Positions 50,370-59,257 of a DNA stretch of 64,000 nucleotides are shown here, one piece after another. Under the pieces are notes generated by a model. It worked only from the letters and a program-made list of their open reading frames with translations. It was not told the origin of the DNA and made no database searches. Position 1 is the stretch's first letter. Each line of letters begins with the position of its first letter. Both the position numbers and the translations under genes were made by a program. The stretch covers positions 835,826 through 899,825 of the forward strand of contig CBDCOR010000022.1 in NCBI GenBank assembly GCA_965219855.1, in the 5' to 3' direction. Origin of the DNA: Acidobacteriota bacterium (GTDB lineage Bacteria; Acidobacteriota; UBA6911; RPQK01; JAJDTT01).

Positions 50370-50816
50370 GGAACAAAGCTCCCTTCGCAGACGTGGATGC
50401 TTGCGGCACAGGCTCCTAGGCAAAGATTCTCCTCGATTGCGACCACGACGTCGAGTAGAGCGAGGCTGTCTGGGAAAGAATTGCACCCGGCCCTCGATCG
50501 CGACGATTCTACCGAAAAGCGAGATGACGGTCTATTGAGACTATCATTCATGTCATGTCCCTCGCCAAAACTGTCTCCACTGATCGGATTTCGACAAAAG
50601 CTTCTTGATCACAAAGGGATCAGAAGCGCTGCTCAGCCAGAATGTCGTGGAAACATGCTTGCGGCAGATGTTGGGGTACTGATATATTTCGACCCTTCAT
50701 CAGTGAGAGATCTGAGGAACTGATGTTCAACCAGCGTAGGGGGCTCAGAGACGGGCTGACAGCCTTGCCGCGACACTGACTCGCGCCCTCCGCTGGGTCA
50801 TAGGAGGGAACACGCT

Positions 50817-52049
50817 GTGGCGACTGCCGAATTCGACAAGCCTGCGGGCCGGATGCCGCTCACTACGGGTCCGATAACACCCTTCCCTGATGCCGGCAAG
50901 CCGGAGGCGGAGGTCATCGCGGCGGTCCGCGCCCTGATCGGGCAAAATCCATACGCAATCGAGAGAGACTTCGGCAACTCATACTCCGGCATTCCGCAGC
51001 CAATAACGCGCCAGATCGACGAGCTCATGCGTGGCACCTACTTCGTGGAGTGGGCGTCGGAACAGCAGGGTGGAACCCTCGCGATCGAGCGCGAGGCCGT
51101 GCGCATGATGGCGTCGCTGCTCGGCCGTCCGGACGCGGTCGGGTTCGTCACCACCGGCGGCACTGAGTCCAACCTCGCCTCGATGCGGCTAGCCAGGAAT
51201 CGCGGCGGTCAGGCAGAGCCTGAGATCATTGCGCCGGTGTCAATGCATTTCAGCTTCCGGCTTGGTTCGGAGCTGATGAAGATCCGCCTCGTCGAGGTCG
51301 ATGTCGACGACGATTCCTATCTGCCTCGGATCGAGGATGTCGAGAAGGCGATCACGCCGCGAACGGTCGGGCTGGTCTGTTCTGCCCCTGGCGGCAGCTT
51401 CGGGGTGGTCGACCCGGTCGAGGCCTTCGCGGATCTCGCTTACCGCAAGGGGCTATGGCTGCACGTCGACGCTGCCTTCGGCGGGTTCATCCTTCCGTTC
51501 ATGCGCGACCTCGGTCATCCGATCGAGCCATTCGATTTTTCGCTGCCCGGCGTGTCGTCGATGATGACCGACGGCCACAAGCTTGGCCTGATGCCGATCG
51601 CGACCGGGTTCTTCCTCGCGCGCGAGGCCGAGATGTTCGACGCGATCCCTACCGAGTCGACCTTAATTCATACAACGTCATCCACCAAGCCGGGCAGCCG
51701 AGCCGCATCCGCATGGGCGGTCATGAAGCACCTCGGCCGAGAGGGCTACCAGCGCTCGACGGCTCATGTCCTGGAGCTTGCCAATACGATCGCCAAGGGC
51801 GTAACGGAGATCGCTGGCATCGACCTGATTGTCCCGCCCTTCATCTCGATCGTGGCGATCACCTCGAAGTCGGTCGACCTGTCCGATGTCCACCATCTGC
51901 TGGCTGACGACGGCTGGGGTCAAAGCTACGGCGAGAATCGAGGTAAACAGTTCATCCGTCTGTCGATCCATCCTTCGCGCGACATGGAGCACGCCCAGGG
52001 CTTTGTGCGCGCCTTTGCTGAGGCCACCAGAAAGGCACGCCGCCGCTAG
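50817..52049 (+). CDS. PLP-dependent group II decarboxylase, MfnA/tyrosine-decarboxylase-like.
   Basis: TTGGTESN, the DAAFGG motif, and the PLP lysine in SMMTDGHKLGLMP. Confidence 0.75.
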   Translation: MATAEFDKPAGRMPLTTGPITPFPDAGKPEAEVIAAVRALIGQNPYAIERDFGNSYSGIPQPITRQIDELMRGTYFVEWASEQQGGTLAIEREAVRMMASLLGRPDAVGFVTTGGTESNLASMRLARNRGGQAEPEIIAPVSMHFSFRLGSELMKIRLVEVDVDDDSYLPRIEDVEKAITPRTVGLVCSAPGGSFGVVDPVEAFADLAYRKGLWLHVDAAFGGFILPFMRDLGHPIEPFDFSLPGVSSMMTDGHKLGLMPIATGFFLAREAEMFDAIPTESTLIHTTSSTKPGSRAASAWAVMKHLGREGYQRSTAHVLELANTIAKGVTEIAGIDLIVPPFISIVAITSKSVDLSDVHHLLADDGWGQSYGENRGKQFIRLSIHPSRDMEHAQGFVRAFAEATRKARRR

Positions 52050-52068
52050 CACACCGGGAAGGTCTACC

Positions 52069-54336
52069 ATGCGATTGCTCGGGTATACCGATCGACTCAG
52101 TGTGGCTCCCGGGCAGTCCATCCACTTCATGGTCAGCTGCGACCACCCCGAGTATGACGCGCGACTCGTACGGCTCATTCACGGTGATACCAACCCCGCG
52201 GGGCCGGGCTTCAAGCAGGTGGTGGTGCCATCGGCGATCGATGGATCCAAGCCCGGTAAGCACGAAGAGATCCGCAGCGGCTCTTATGTCCAGATTCCGC
52301 TCCCCGGTGTCGAGCTCGACAGCGCAGTCACCTTCTTCGCCTTTGTCCAGTTGACGAACCCTGACGCCGGCGAGCAAACAATCGCGAGCATGGGCAATCC
52401 GTACGCGGGCGGCGGCTGGGCGCTCGGCCTTTCGGACGAGACACTCCAACTCGTTGTAAACCCGGGACACTCCGCACAACCGCTCCGCGTTTCCGGCGGG
52501 CCACTGCGACGTTGGGACTGGTACGCGGTAGCGCTCGCGGTCGATACGTCGAGTGGCACCGCGACCGTTTGGCAGCAACCTGTTCGTTCCTGGCCTGGCG
52601 ACGAAACACCGCCAGCGTCGATCTCCCTGGACGGGGGCATCGGCGCACCCTCAAACGCACCGCTCGTCCTCGCCGGCATCCTCAACGCGGATGGCCGGAC
52701 CAGCCACCACCTCGACGGTCGCATCGACCGGCCGCGTCTGCTCAGACGTTCACTCAACGCCTCCGAGCTTGCGAGCCTCGCTGCTGCCCCGGACGACCTC
52801 GACGGTCTGGGAGCGGATCTCATCGGCGCCTGGGACTTCAGCCGGGATCTCGACTCCGACGTCGCCATAGATGTGTCAGCCCACCGTCACGATGGACGCG
52901 CCGTCAACATGCCTGCCCGTGCCGTTGCCGGCCACAACTTTAGCGGCAAGGAGGTCTGCTTCCGGCTCGCCCCCGAGGAGTACGGAGCGATCCACTTTCA
53001 CCGCGACGACCTGGAGAACGCCCGCTGGGGGGTCGATTTCGAACTCGAGATCCCCACCGACCTGCCGAGCGGGGTTTATGCCGCCTGGCTTCGAGCCGGC
53101 TCCGACGAAGATTATCTGCCATTCATCGTGCGACCGCCGCGTGGTACCGCCACCTCGAACATAGCAGTCCTCATGTCGACGATGACGTACGTCTGCTACG
53201 CCAATTACACCGATCTCGGAGTGGGTGCCTGGCAGGAGGGTGCGACCGCGAAGTGGGGGGGCTCAACAGCGCCCTACGCCGACCCGACTCTGTTTCGCGA
53301 CGTCTACCGTTACGTCGATGAGAATGCACTGTACGGCCTCTATGATCGCCATCTCGACGGCTCAGGGGTGATCTATGGCTCCTATCTCAAGCCAATCCTC
53401 ACCATGCGTCCCAAATTCCGCTACCGGGTCATGGCGACTCCACCCCGTTTTCCGGCCGACCTGTACCTGGTCGACTGGCTCCACGCGAAGGGGTTCGAGG
53501 CCGACTTCATTACCGACCACGACCTGCACGCCGAGGGGCCGGAGCTTCTGCGCCACTACAACGTTGTCCTCTCCAGCTCTCACCACGAGTACTGGACCGG
53601 AGGCATGCTCGACTCGCTCGAGACGTACCTCGACGAGGGCGGCCGCTTCATGTACCTATCCGGGAATGGCCTCTATGGTGTAGTGAGCGTCGATCCGGCG
53701 CGGCCGCACAAGATCGAGGTGCGTCGCTGGGGAACGAGCTGGCCATTCGAGCTCCATCCAGCCGAGCGCTATCACAGCATAACTGGCGAACTGGGCGGGA
53801 CGTGGCGCAACCGAGGTCGAGCCCCCAACCGGATTGTCGGCGTGGGAACCGCTGGGGCCGAGTTCGAGGATGGCGTCCCATTCAAGCGGATGCCCGAGAG
53901 TCATGACCCGAGCGTCGCTTTTATCTTCGAGGGCATCGGTGCGGAAGAGCTCATCGGTGACCATCCTTCGCTTCAGGTCCGTTGGGGCGCTGCAGGATAC
54001 GAATTCGATCGCTACGAGACGGAGCTCGGTTCGCCGCAGACTACGCTCCTGCTCGCATCGTCGATCGGCTTCAAGACCCAATATACGAAATCCATGATCG
54101 ACGAAGAGCTCTGGTTCGCACCCGGACGCGATGGTGCACACGTCAGAGATCCGCAGCGCGACGGCGAGCCGCACCGTTTCGTGCGGGCCGACATGACCTA
54201 CACTGACTATCCGAATGGCGGCGCGGTTTTCAGCGCCGGATCGATCTGCTGGCGTGGAGGGATGTCGTGGAACGGCTACGACAACACGGTCTCGAGGGTC
54301 ACCGAGAATGTCCTCCGCTGCTTTGCCCAGGACTGA
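52069..54336 (+). CDS. N,N-dimethylformamidase large-subunit (DmfA2)-like protein.
   Basis: 755 aa from the ATG at 52069. The longer ORF-track start overlaps the upstream gene. Conserved blocks are LVRLIHGDTNPAGPGFK, PFIVRPPRGTATSNIAVLMSTMTYVCYAN and FVRADMTYTDYPNGGAVFSAGSICWRGGMSWNGYDN. Confidence 0.75.
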   Translation: MRLLGYTDRLSVAPGQSIHFMVSCDHPEYDARLVRLIHGDTNPAGPGFKQVVVPSAIDGSKPGKHEEIRSGSYVQIPLPGVELDSAVTFFAFVQLTNPDAGEQTIASMGNPYAGGGWALGLSDETLQLVVNPGHSAQPLRVSGGPLRRWDWYAVALAVDTSSGTATVWQQPVRSWPGDETPPASISLDGGIGAPSNAPLVLAGILNADGRTSHHLDGRIDRPRLLRRSLNASELASLAAAPDDLDGLGADLIGAWDFSRDLDSDVAIDVSAHRHDGRAVNMPARAVAGHNFSGKEVCFRLAPEEYGAIHFHRDDLENARWGVDFELEIPTDLPSGVYAAWLRAGSDEDYLPFIVRPPRGTATSNIAVLMSTMTYVCYANYTDLGVGAWQEGATAKWGGSTAPYADPTLFRDVYRYVDENALYGLYDRHLDGSGVIYGSYLKPILTMRPKFRYRVMATPPRFPADLYLVDWLHAKGFEADFITDHDLHAEGPELLRHYNVVLSSSHHEYWTGGMLDSLETYLDEGGRFMYLSGNGLYGVVSVDPARPHKIEVRRWGTSWPFELHPAERYHSITGELGGTWRNRGRAPNRIVGVGTAGAEFEDGVPFKRMPESHDPSVAFIFEGIGAEELIGDHPSLQVRWGAAGYEFDRYETELGSPQTTLLLASSIGFKTQYTKSMIDEELWFAPGRDGAHVRDPQRDGEPHRFVRADMTYTDYPNGGAVFSAGSICWRGGMSWNGYDNTVSRVTENVLRCFAQD

Positions 54337-54616
54337 GAAACGCCGTCTTCGGCATCTCGGACATAGCCGCACATCGAGGCAACTGCTGGTTCAGGATTAC
54401 ACCGTTTGAATGACACCTCGACGGTACGGCTCACGGCCTCCATGACCGCCACGAGGCGCCCCCAGCGCCTTACCCTGCTGCCGGCGTGGCGAACCGATCG
54501 AGTCCTTGCGCAGCTACGCGATCCGGGCCCGACCGGGGTAGCGCTTGCTCAAGAGGAACGAGTCGATTCCTGAGGAACTTTCGTCGACTCAGATAGGCAA
54601 GAGTAGACTCCCGAAC

Positions 54617-55537
54617 CTATTGGCCGACATCTTGTCGCACCTGTACAGGTTCGCCGCCGTGCTCGTTGATCCACCTGCGCGACCACTCGACCGTTTCCAA
54701 GTTCAGGTCGCAGATGTTGGTGGCCAGAAAGATCATGCCCTCGATACGGCCTTCGTGCAGCCAACGAAGTGCCTGCTCGCACTGCATCTTCATCGACTCG
54801 AGCGGCATGGGCCGTCGATTGCCGAAGTCCCACATGTACAGGCCTAGCAGCCTTTTCTTGCCGCGCGGCACCAGCTTTTCGTACTTGGCGAAATTGGTCT
54901 CCAGGTTGGCCAGCTCCGGCGCCCGCCAAGTCCACAGCGAAACCGTGTCACACAACTCCAGATGCGGTAAGATCCGCTCGTCGAGCTGGTGCGTGTAAAG
55001 CGTCACGCCCAAGTCAAGCCGACGACCGGCCACGCGCATCTGTTTGCGGAACTCGCGCAGCTGTGCGACCGTCATTGCCGCCAGCGGTTGTCCGTCGGGG
55101 AGCGGACGTCCGACATCAAAGTGAAAGAAATCGTCCATAAAGACGCCCGTCATGTTCGGCATATCCTGAGCGAGCTTCAGTACATGTTGGCGTTCTTCGG
55201 GTGACGTGAGGCCACTTGCGCCGGTGATCGACCACACCACCCGCTCCAGGCTTTTGAAGGGAATGGCGTACTGTTGGAAGGGCGGCTCTGGCCTGTCGTG
55301 GTAACGGATGAAGATGATATTTGGCACGCCAAGGAAGTGCGCACCCTCGACCGGCGTGATCCGTGAGTTGCCAGGCAATCCGTAATTGCCGTTGTACACG
55401 CCCGCTTCGTGCGACCAGGCCCATATACACTCCCGTACCGTTTGCGGCTGCGCGGCCCAGGTACTGGTGGACTGAGACCATGCGCTCCAGGTAATAGCCA
55501 ACGTCGCTAGCATCAACCAAGATCTGGAATCTGTCAT
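54617..55537 (-). CDS. Hypothetical secreted protein.
   Basis: Signal peptide MTDSRSWLMLATLAITWSAWSQ. No recognisable catalytic motif. Confidence 0.4.
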   Translation of the reverse strand: MTDSRSWLMLATLAITWSAWSQSTSTWAAQPQTVRECIWAWSHEAGVYNGNYGLPGNSRITPVEGAHFLGVPNIIFIRYHDRPEPPFQQYAIPFKSLERVVWSITGASGLTSPEERQHVLKLAQDMPNMTGVFMDDFFHFDVGRPLPDGQPLAAMTVAQLREFRKQMRVAGRRLDLGVTLYTHQLDERILPHLELCDTVSLWTWRAPELANLETNFAKYEKLVPRGKKRLLGLYMWDFGNRRPMPLESMKMQCEQALRWLHEGRIEGMIFLATNICDLNLETVEWSRRWINEHGGEPVQVRQDVGQ

Positions 55538-55558
55538 ATCACTTTCTGGTTGGAACCA

Positions 55559-55825
55559 CACTGGAACGTAAATACGGCAACGTTTGCAGATGGGGCTTGC
55601 GAGGCGAGATCAAGGCAGGAGGAGGAAGTCGATGCTCTTCCATCTGCGACGACGACCAACGCAGAGATCGTCCGCAACCCCCATCTGCCCTACGGGTGGC
55701 GACGCGACACGCCGATTTCTTTGTCGCTCCTCCTCCTCCATGATACCAAGCATCGAGTTCGTCGTCGCTTCGCGACCTCGACCCGTCGCGCTCGCCACAA
55801 ACGTTGTCGTATTTACGTTCCAGTG
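55559..55825. repeat. MITE family 3, a ~267-bp palindromic element, full copy.
   Basis: The 28-nt terminal inverted repeats are CACTGGAACGTAAATACGGCAACGTTTG / CAAACGTTGTCGTATTTACGTTCCAGTG. An internal long inverted repeat is built around GGAGGAGGAAG...CCTCCTCCTCC. Confidence 0.6.
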
Positions 55826-56169
55826 TCACTGCCCGATGCCGGCGTGGAACCGACCCCTGCGAGTTGGGCAACGGCGGAAGTCCCAGTTGAAGTCGCTCCC
55901 AGTCTATTATCCTTTTAACTGATTCATTATAATCATGTTGTCACGATATCTGAATAGTTCAACCGGACAGTAGTGTTCCAGTGTACTAAATTCTGCTTTG
56001 GCAAGCTGATAAGTACTGAGATGAAATAAGATGAAGACCTCTGCTATTGGTCACAAGCACCAAATTCCGAAAAGGTCTTCCACCATCACCCCAATATTGC
56101 CAATCCAACAGTGCCCGACCGGCACCTACCTTGACTCCGTTCGGGAGAACTGCGAGGCTCTTGATCAGA

Positions 56170-56934
56170 GTGAATCGACTCAAGGATAAAGTTGCAATTG
56201 TCACCGGAGCTGGGCGAGGCATTGGCCGTGCCATCGCTATTGCCTTTTCCCAAGAAGGTGCCGACGTGGTCGTTGCCGCTCGCAGCAGAGACGAGATCGA
56301 GTCGGTAGCAGAGGGTCTGGAAACGCGGGCCCTGGCGATCCCCACTGACGTCAGCCACCCGGCTCAGATTCAGCAGCTGGTGGATCGAACCATTGCCGAA
56401 TTCGGCCGGGTGGACATCCTGGTGAACAATGCGGGGATTGCCTTCCAGCGTCCGGTCCTGGAGACGACACTGGAGGAGTGGGAGCGTCTGATGAACATCA
56501 ATCTCCGGGCGGTGTTTCTTTCCTGTCAGGCCGTCCTTCCCCAGATGAAACATCAGAAGGGTGGGAAGATCGTCAACATCTCCGCCGGATCCGGATCGGT
56601 CGCGTCCCTCAACTTCTCTGCCTACAGTGTTTCCAAGGCAGGCCTGATCATGTTCACGGAGTGTCTCGCTCTGGAGATGAAGCCTTTCAATATCGATGTC
56701 AACGCGATTGCCGTGGGTCGGACTCATACCCGGATGGCCGATGAGCTGGTAGCGGCTCGCGGCGGGGGAGACTATCAACCCGAGCTACTCATGCAACCCG
56801 AGGATATTGCTCCCATTGCGGTGTTCCTGGCCTGCGACGACTCCCGCGGCATGACCGGGGCCAACGTCTTAGCCCGTAAGCATGTTCGGCCTGGTTACTA
56901 CGGTGAAGGCAACCTGCCTCGTCACGCCTACTGA
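56170..56934 (+). CDS. SDR-family oxidoreductase, FabG-like.
   Basis: GTG start. TGAGRGIGRA, NNAG, YSVSKAG. Confidence 0.75.
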   Translation: MNRLKDKVAIVTGAGRGIGRAIAIAFSQEGADVVVAARSRDEIESVAEGLETRALAIPTDVSHPAQIQQLVDRTIAEFGRVDILVNNAGIAFQRPVLETTLEEWERLMNINLRAVFLSCQAVLPQMKHQKGGKIVNISAGSGSVASLNFSAYSVSKAGLIMFTECLALEMKPFNIDVNAIAVGRTHTRMADELVAARGGGDYQPELLMQPEDIAPIAVFLACDDSRGMTGANVLARKHVRPGYYGEGNLPRHAY

Positions 56935-57178
56935 GGGTTCACCCTGTATCGCTAACCTCCTCTCTCCCTTGCCCGTGTCCTTGCCTTTGCCCTGACCCCA
57001 TCTTCTGGCCGCATCAAGGCCCGTAAGCAACCCGGCCTACAGCAACAGGATTTTCAAACTCCATCCGCCGGCTGTACTCGCCGTCAGCGAAGACGTTCAC
57101 AAGAATGTCCCCTGGCAGACGGGCAAAGGCAAGGGGGAGGGCAAGGGAGGAAGAAAAGGCGAGGGAACGCACCGCTAG

Positions 57179-57353
57179 CCCGGATTATTCATAAGTTTTC
57201 GTAGCGAGGCGGCGAAAGCGCCGTCCTGGCAAGGCTTGCGACCGAGGCCTCCGCAGTCGTACTCGTGCAGTCCGTCGAGGAGGCCGACCGAGCGTAACAC
57301 AGCCAGGCCGGATGATTGCGCCGCCGCAGTAGAAAACTTATGAATAATCCGGG
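57179..57353. repeat. MITE family 1 variant with the same core but different terminal inverted repeats.
   Basis: Perfect 22-nt terminal inverted repeat CCCGGATTATTCATAAGTTTTC, flanked by CTAG direct repeats at 57175-78 and 57354-57. The core is GTAGCGAGGCGGCGAAAGCGCCGTCCTGGCAAGGCTTGCGACCGAG..., shared with the 59069 copy. Confidence 0.6.
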
Positions 57354-57366
57354 CTAGACTAGCTGC

Positions 57367-57486
57367 TCAAGCGCCGATTCGGACCACGAATAGGGTAAGC
57401 AAAATAATGCCGATGACGCCCAACCAGGCGACCACGAAACCCACTACGGATTGCTTCGAAGGTCTTCGGATCTCAAGGTCCCACAT
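57367..57486 (-). CDS. Possible small single-TM protein of 39 aa downstream of the SSS transporter gene.
   Basis: GGAG 8 nt upstream of the ATG. MWDLEIRRPSKQSVVGFVVAWLGVIGIILLTLFVVRIGA. Speculative. Confidence 0.2.
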   Translation of the reverse strand: MWDLEIRRPSKQSVVGFVVAWLGVIGIILLTLFVVRIGA

Positions 57487-57531
57487 GTTTCACACTCCGC
57501 TGCTAGTCGTTTCTCCAAGCCAGCTCGACCA

Positions 57532-59034
57532 TTACTCCAGCTCTACCTTGATCCCGGCATCTCGCAGCTTCTGCTCTTCTCCTACCGGCGTGTGCAGGAT
57601 GGTATAGAACCGATCCAGTCGTTTCTTGTCGGCGGGGGGCGTCACCAGGCTGACCACGATCATGGCGAGGAAACCGCCGCTCAGATAGAGGGCGAACTGG
57701 TCCGCCAGCTCCCAGTCCCAGAGAAAACGGGAGAGGTACCAGAGGAAGGAGGAAACCAGAACCGCGGCCCAGGCTCCCCTTGCGTTGCAGCGGCGCCAGA
57801 GGATTCCTCCCCAGAGTGCAATCCCGAAGAACGCCCCCAGCGACCAGGTTAGTTTCAAGATACCGACGACAGAATCCGAGGTCAGCGTCACGAGCACGCC
57901 TCCCGCCACCACCACCAGCGCCACCCAGCGGCCCACGGTCAGATAGTGGGAGTCGGGCGCCTCACGCCGCATGTAGCGTTTGTATACGTTCTTGACCACC
58001 AGGGCCGAGCCATCGACCATCAATGAATCGCAGGTAGACATGACCGCCGCGACCATGGAGGCGAGCATAACGCCCACGAGACCGATGGGGAGCAGGTCCC
58101 TGGAAGCCATTCCGAAAGCGTGTTCGGGGTCGCTGAGGTTGGGATAGAGGGCCACACAGGCAACGCCGACAAAGGCCCAGGCCAGCGTGCAGATGCGCTT
58201 GAGCATGTTGCCGTAGGTAAATCCGATTCGCCCTTCGAGCTCGGTCTTACCCGCGCCACCAATCTCCATATGATGGGGTTGGGCCACAATTCCTACCAGC
58301 GCGTTGATTACGATCATCAAGATGTAGAAAAACGTCACCCGGTCGTATCCAGGGGGAGGATCCCCGGGAGCGATCAAGCTGAACATCTCGCCTGGTACCT
58401 GCTGGTGCAGGCCGCTGAAGCCTCCCAGTTCGGCCAGGACGAAGGGGACCAGCAAGAACGAGAGGACGATGATGAAGAAACCCTGAATGAAGTCGGTGAT
58501 GATGGCCGCAGGCAGGCCTCCGGCAAGACCGTAGGCGAGAAAGAGTACGGTCATGACGGCAATCGCAAACTCCGGACTGACGGCCCCTCCGGTGATGGCA
58601 CTGGCCGTTTTCCCCGTCCCCAGGAGCATCAGACCGATCTGCAGTGAGATGTAGATCAGGCCGTAGATCGTGTAGAAGATTGCCAGAGGCTGACTGAAGC
58701 GGTCTTCGAAGAAGTCCGCAGTGGTCAAGTACCGCATCCGGCGAAAGAGGGGGGCGATGAGCCAATAAAAAGGAGTCGTAAAGAGGTAGAGCCACTGGTA
58801 CCAGATGCCGGCCATTCCCAGCTTGTAGGAAGCGCCGGCAACCGAGACGGCGTGGTCGGTGTGAGTACCCGTCCCGAAGGCGTGCATCAGCATGAAGGCC
58901 TTACCGAACTTTCTCCCACCCATGAAATAGTCGCCGACGGTGGTGATCTTGCGGGCGGCCCAGAGCCCAGCGAAAGTCACACCCACGAGGTAGAGCAGAA
59001 GCGTGAAGAGGTCGAGTGAATGCAATCCGAACAT
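57532..59034 (-). CDS. Sodium:solute symporter (SSS) family transporter.
   Basis: About 500 aa with 13 or more TM helices. The start is taken at the ATG (MFGLHSLDL). Confidence 0.8.
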   Translation of the reverse strand: MFGLHSLDLFTLLLYLVGVTFAGLWAARKITTVGDYFMGGRKFGKAFMLMHAFGTGTHTDHAVSVAGASYKLGMAGIWYQWLYLFTTPFYWLIAPLFRRMRYLTTADFFEDRFSQPLAIFYTIYGLIYISLQIGLMLLGTGKTASAITGGAVSPEFAIAVMTVLFLAYGLAGGLPAAIITDFIQGFFIIVLSFLLVPFVLAELGGFSGLHQQVPGEMFSLIAPGDPPPGYDRVTFFYILMIVINALVGIVAQPHHMEIGGAGKTELEGRIGFTYGNMLKRICTLAWAFVGVACVALYPNLSDPEHAFGMASRDLLPIGLVGVMLASMVAAVMSTCDSLMVDGSALVVKNVYKRYMRREAPDSHYLTVGRWVALVVVAGGVLVTLTSDSVVGILKLTWSLGAFFGIALWGGILWRRCNARGAWAAVLVSSFLWYLSRFLWDWELADQFALYLSGGFLAMIVVSLVTPPADKKRLDRFYTILHTPVGEEQKLRDAGIKVELE

Positions 59035-59068
59035 GCGTTGTCCTGTTGTTCCGGGAGCGAGCACTTAG

Positions 59069-59257
59069 CCCGCATTTCTCATCGCTTGTCGTAGCGAGGC
59101 GCCGCAAGGGCCGTCCCGGCAAGGCTTGCGACCGAGACCACTCGTGGCTAGCCGCCGCAGTCGTACTTGTACAGTACGTCGAGGAGGCCGACCGAGCATA
59201 ACACAGCCAGGGCGGATGATTTCGGCGTCGCAGTAGACCAGCGATGAGAAATGCGGG
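59069..59257. repeat. MITE family 1, intact 189-bp copy.
   Basis: Terminal inverted repeats CCCGCATTTCTCATCGCT / AGCGATGAGAAATGCGGG, flanked by TTAG at 59065-68 and 59258-61. The TTAG at 59258-61 supplies the TAA stop of the DUF1501 gene. Confidence 0.65.

Noticed and set aside
51829-52068. The longer ORF-track start for the DmfA2-like gene, overlapping the decarboxylase by 220 nt.
   Set aside because: DMFase-family homology begins at the ATG at 52069 (MRLLGYTDRLSVAPGQ). The upstream extension has no homology and overlaps a confident gene.
55584-55922. ORFs of 110-120 aa inside MITE family 3, with similar ones at 63559-63978.
   Set aside because: They lie within a palindromic non-coding repeat. 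The similar translations in both copies are explained by the DNA repeat, not by a conserved protein.
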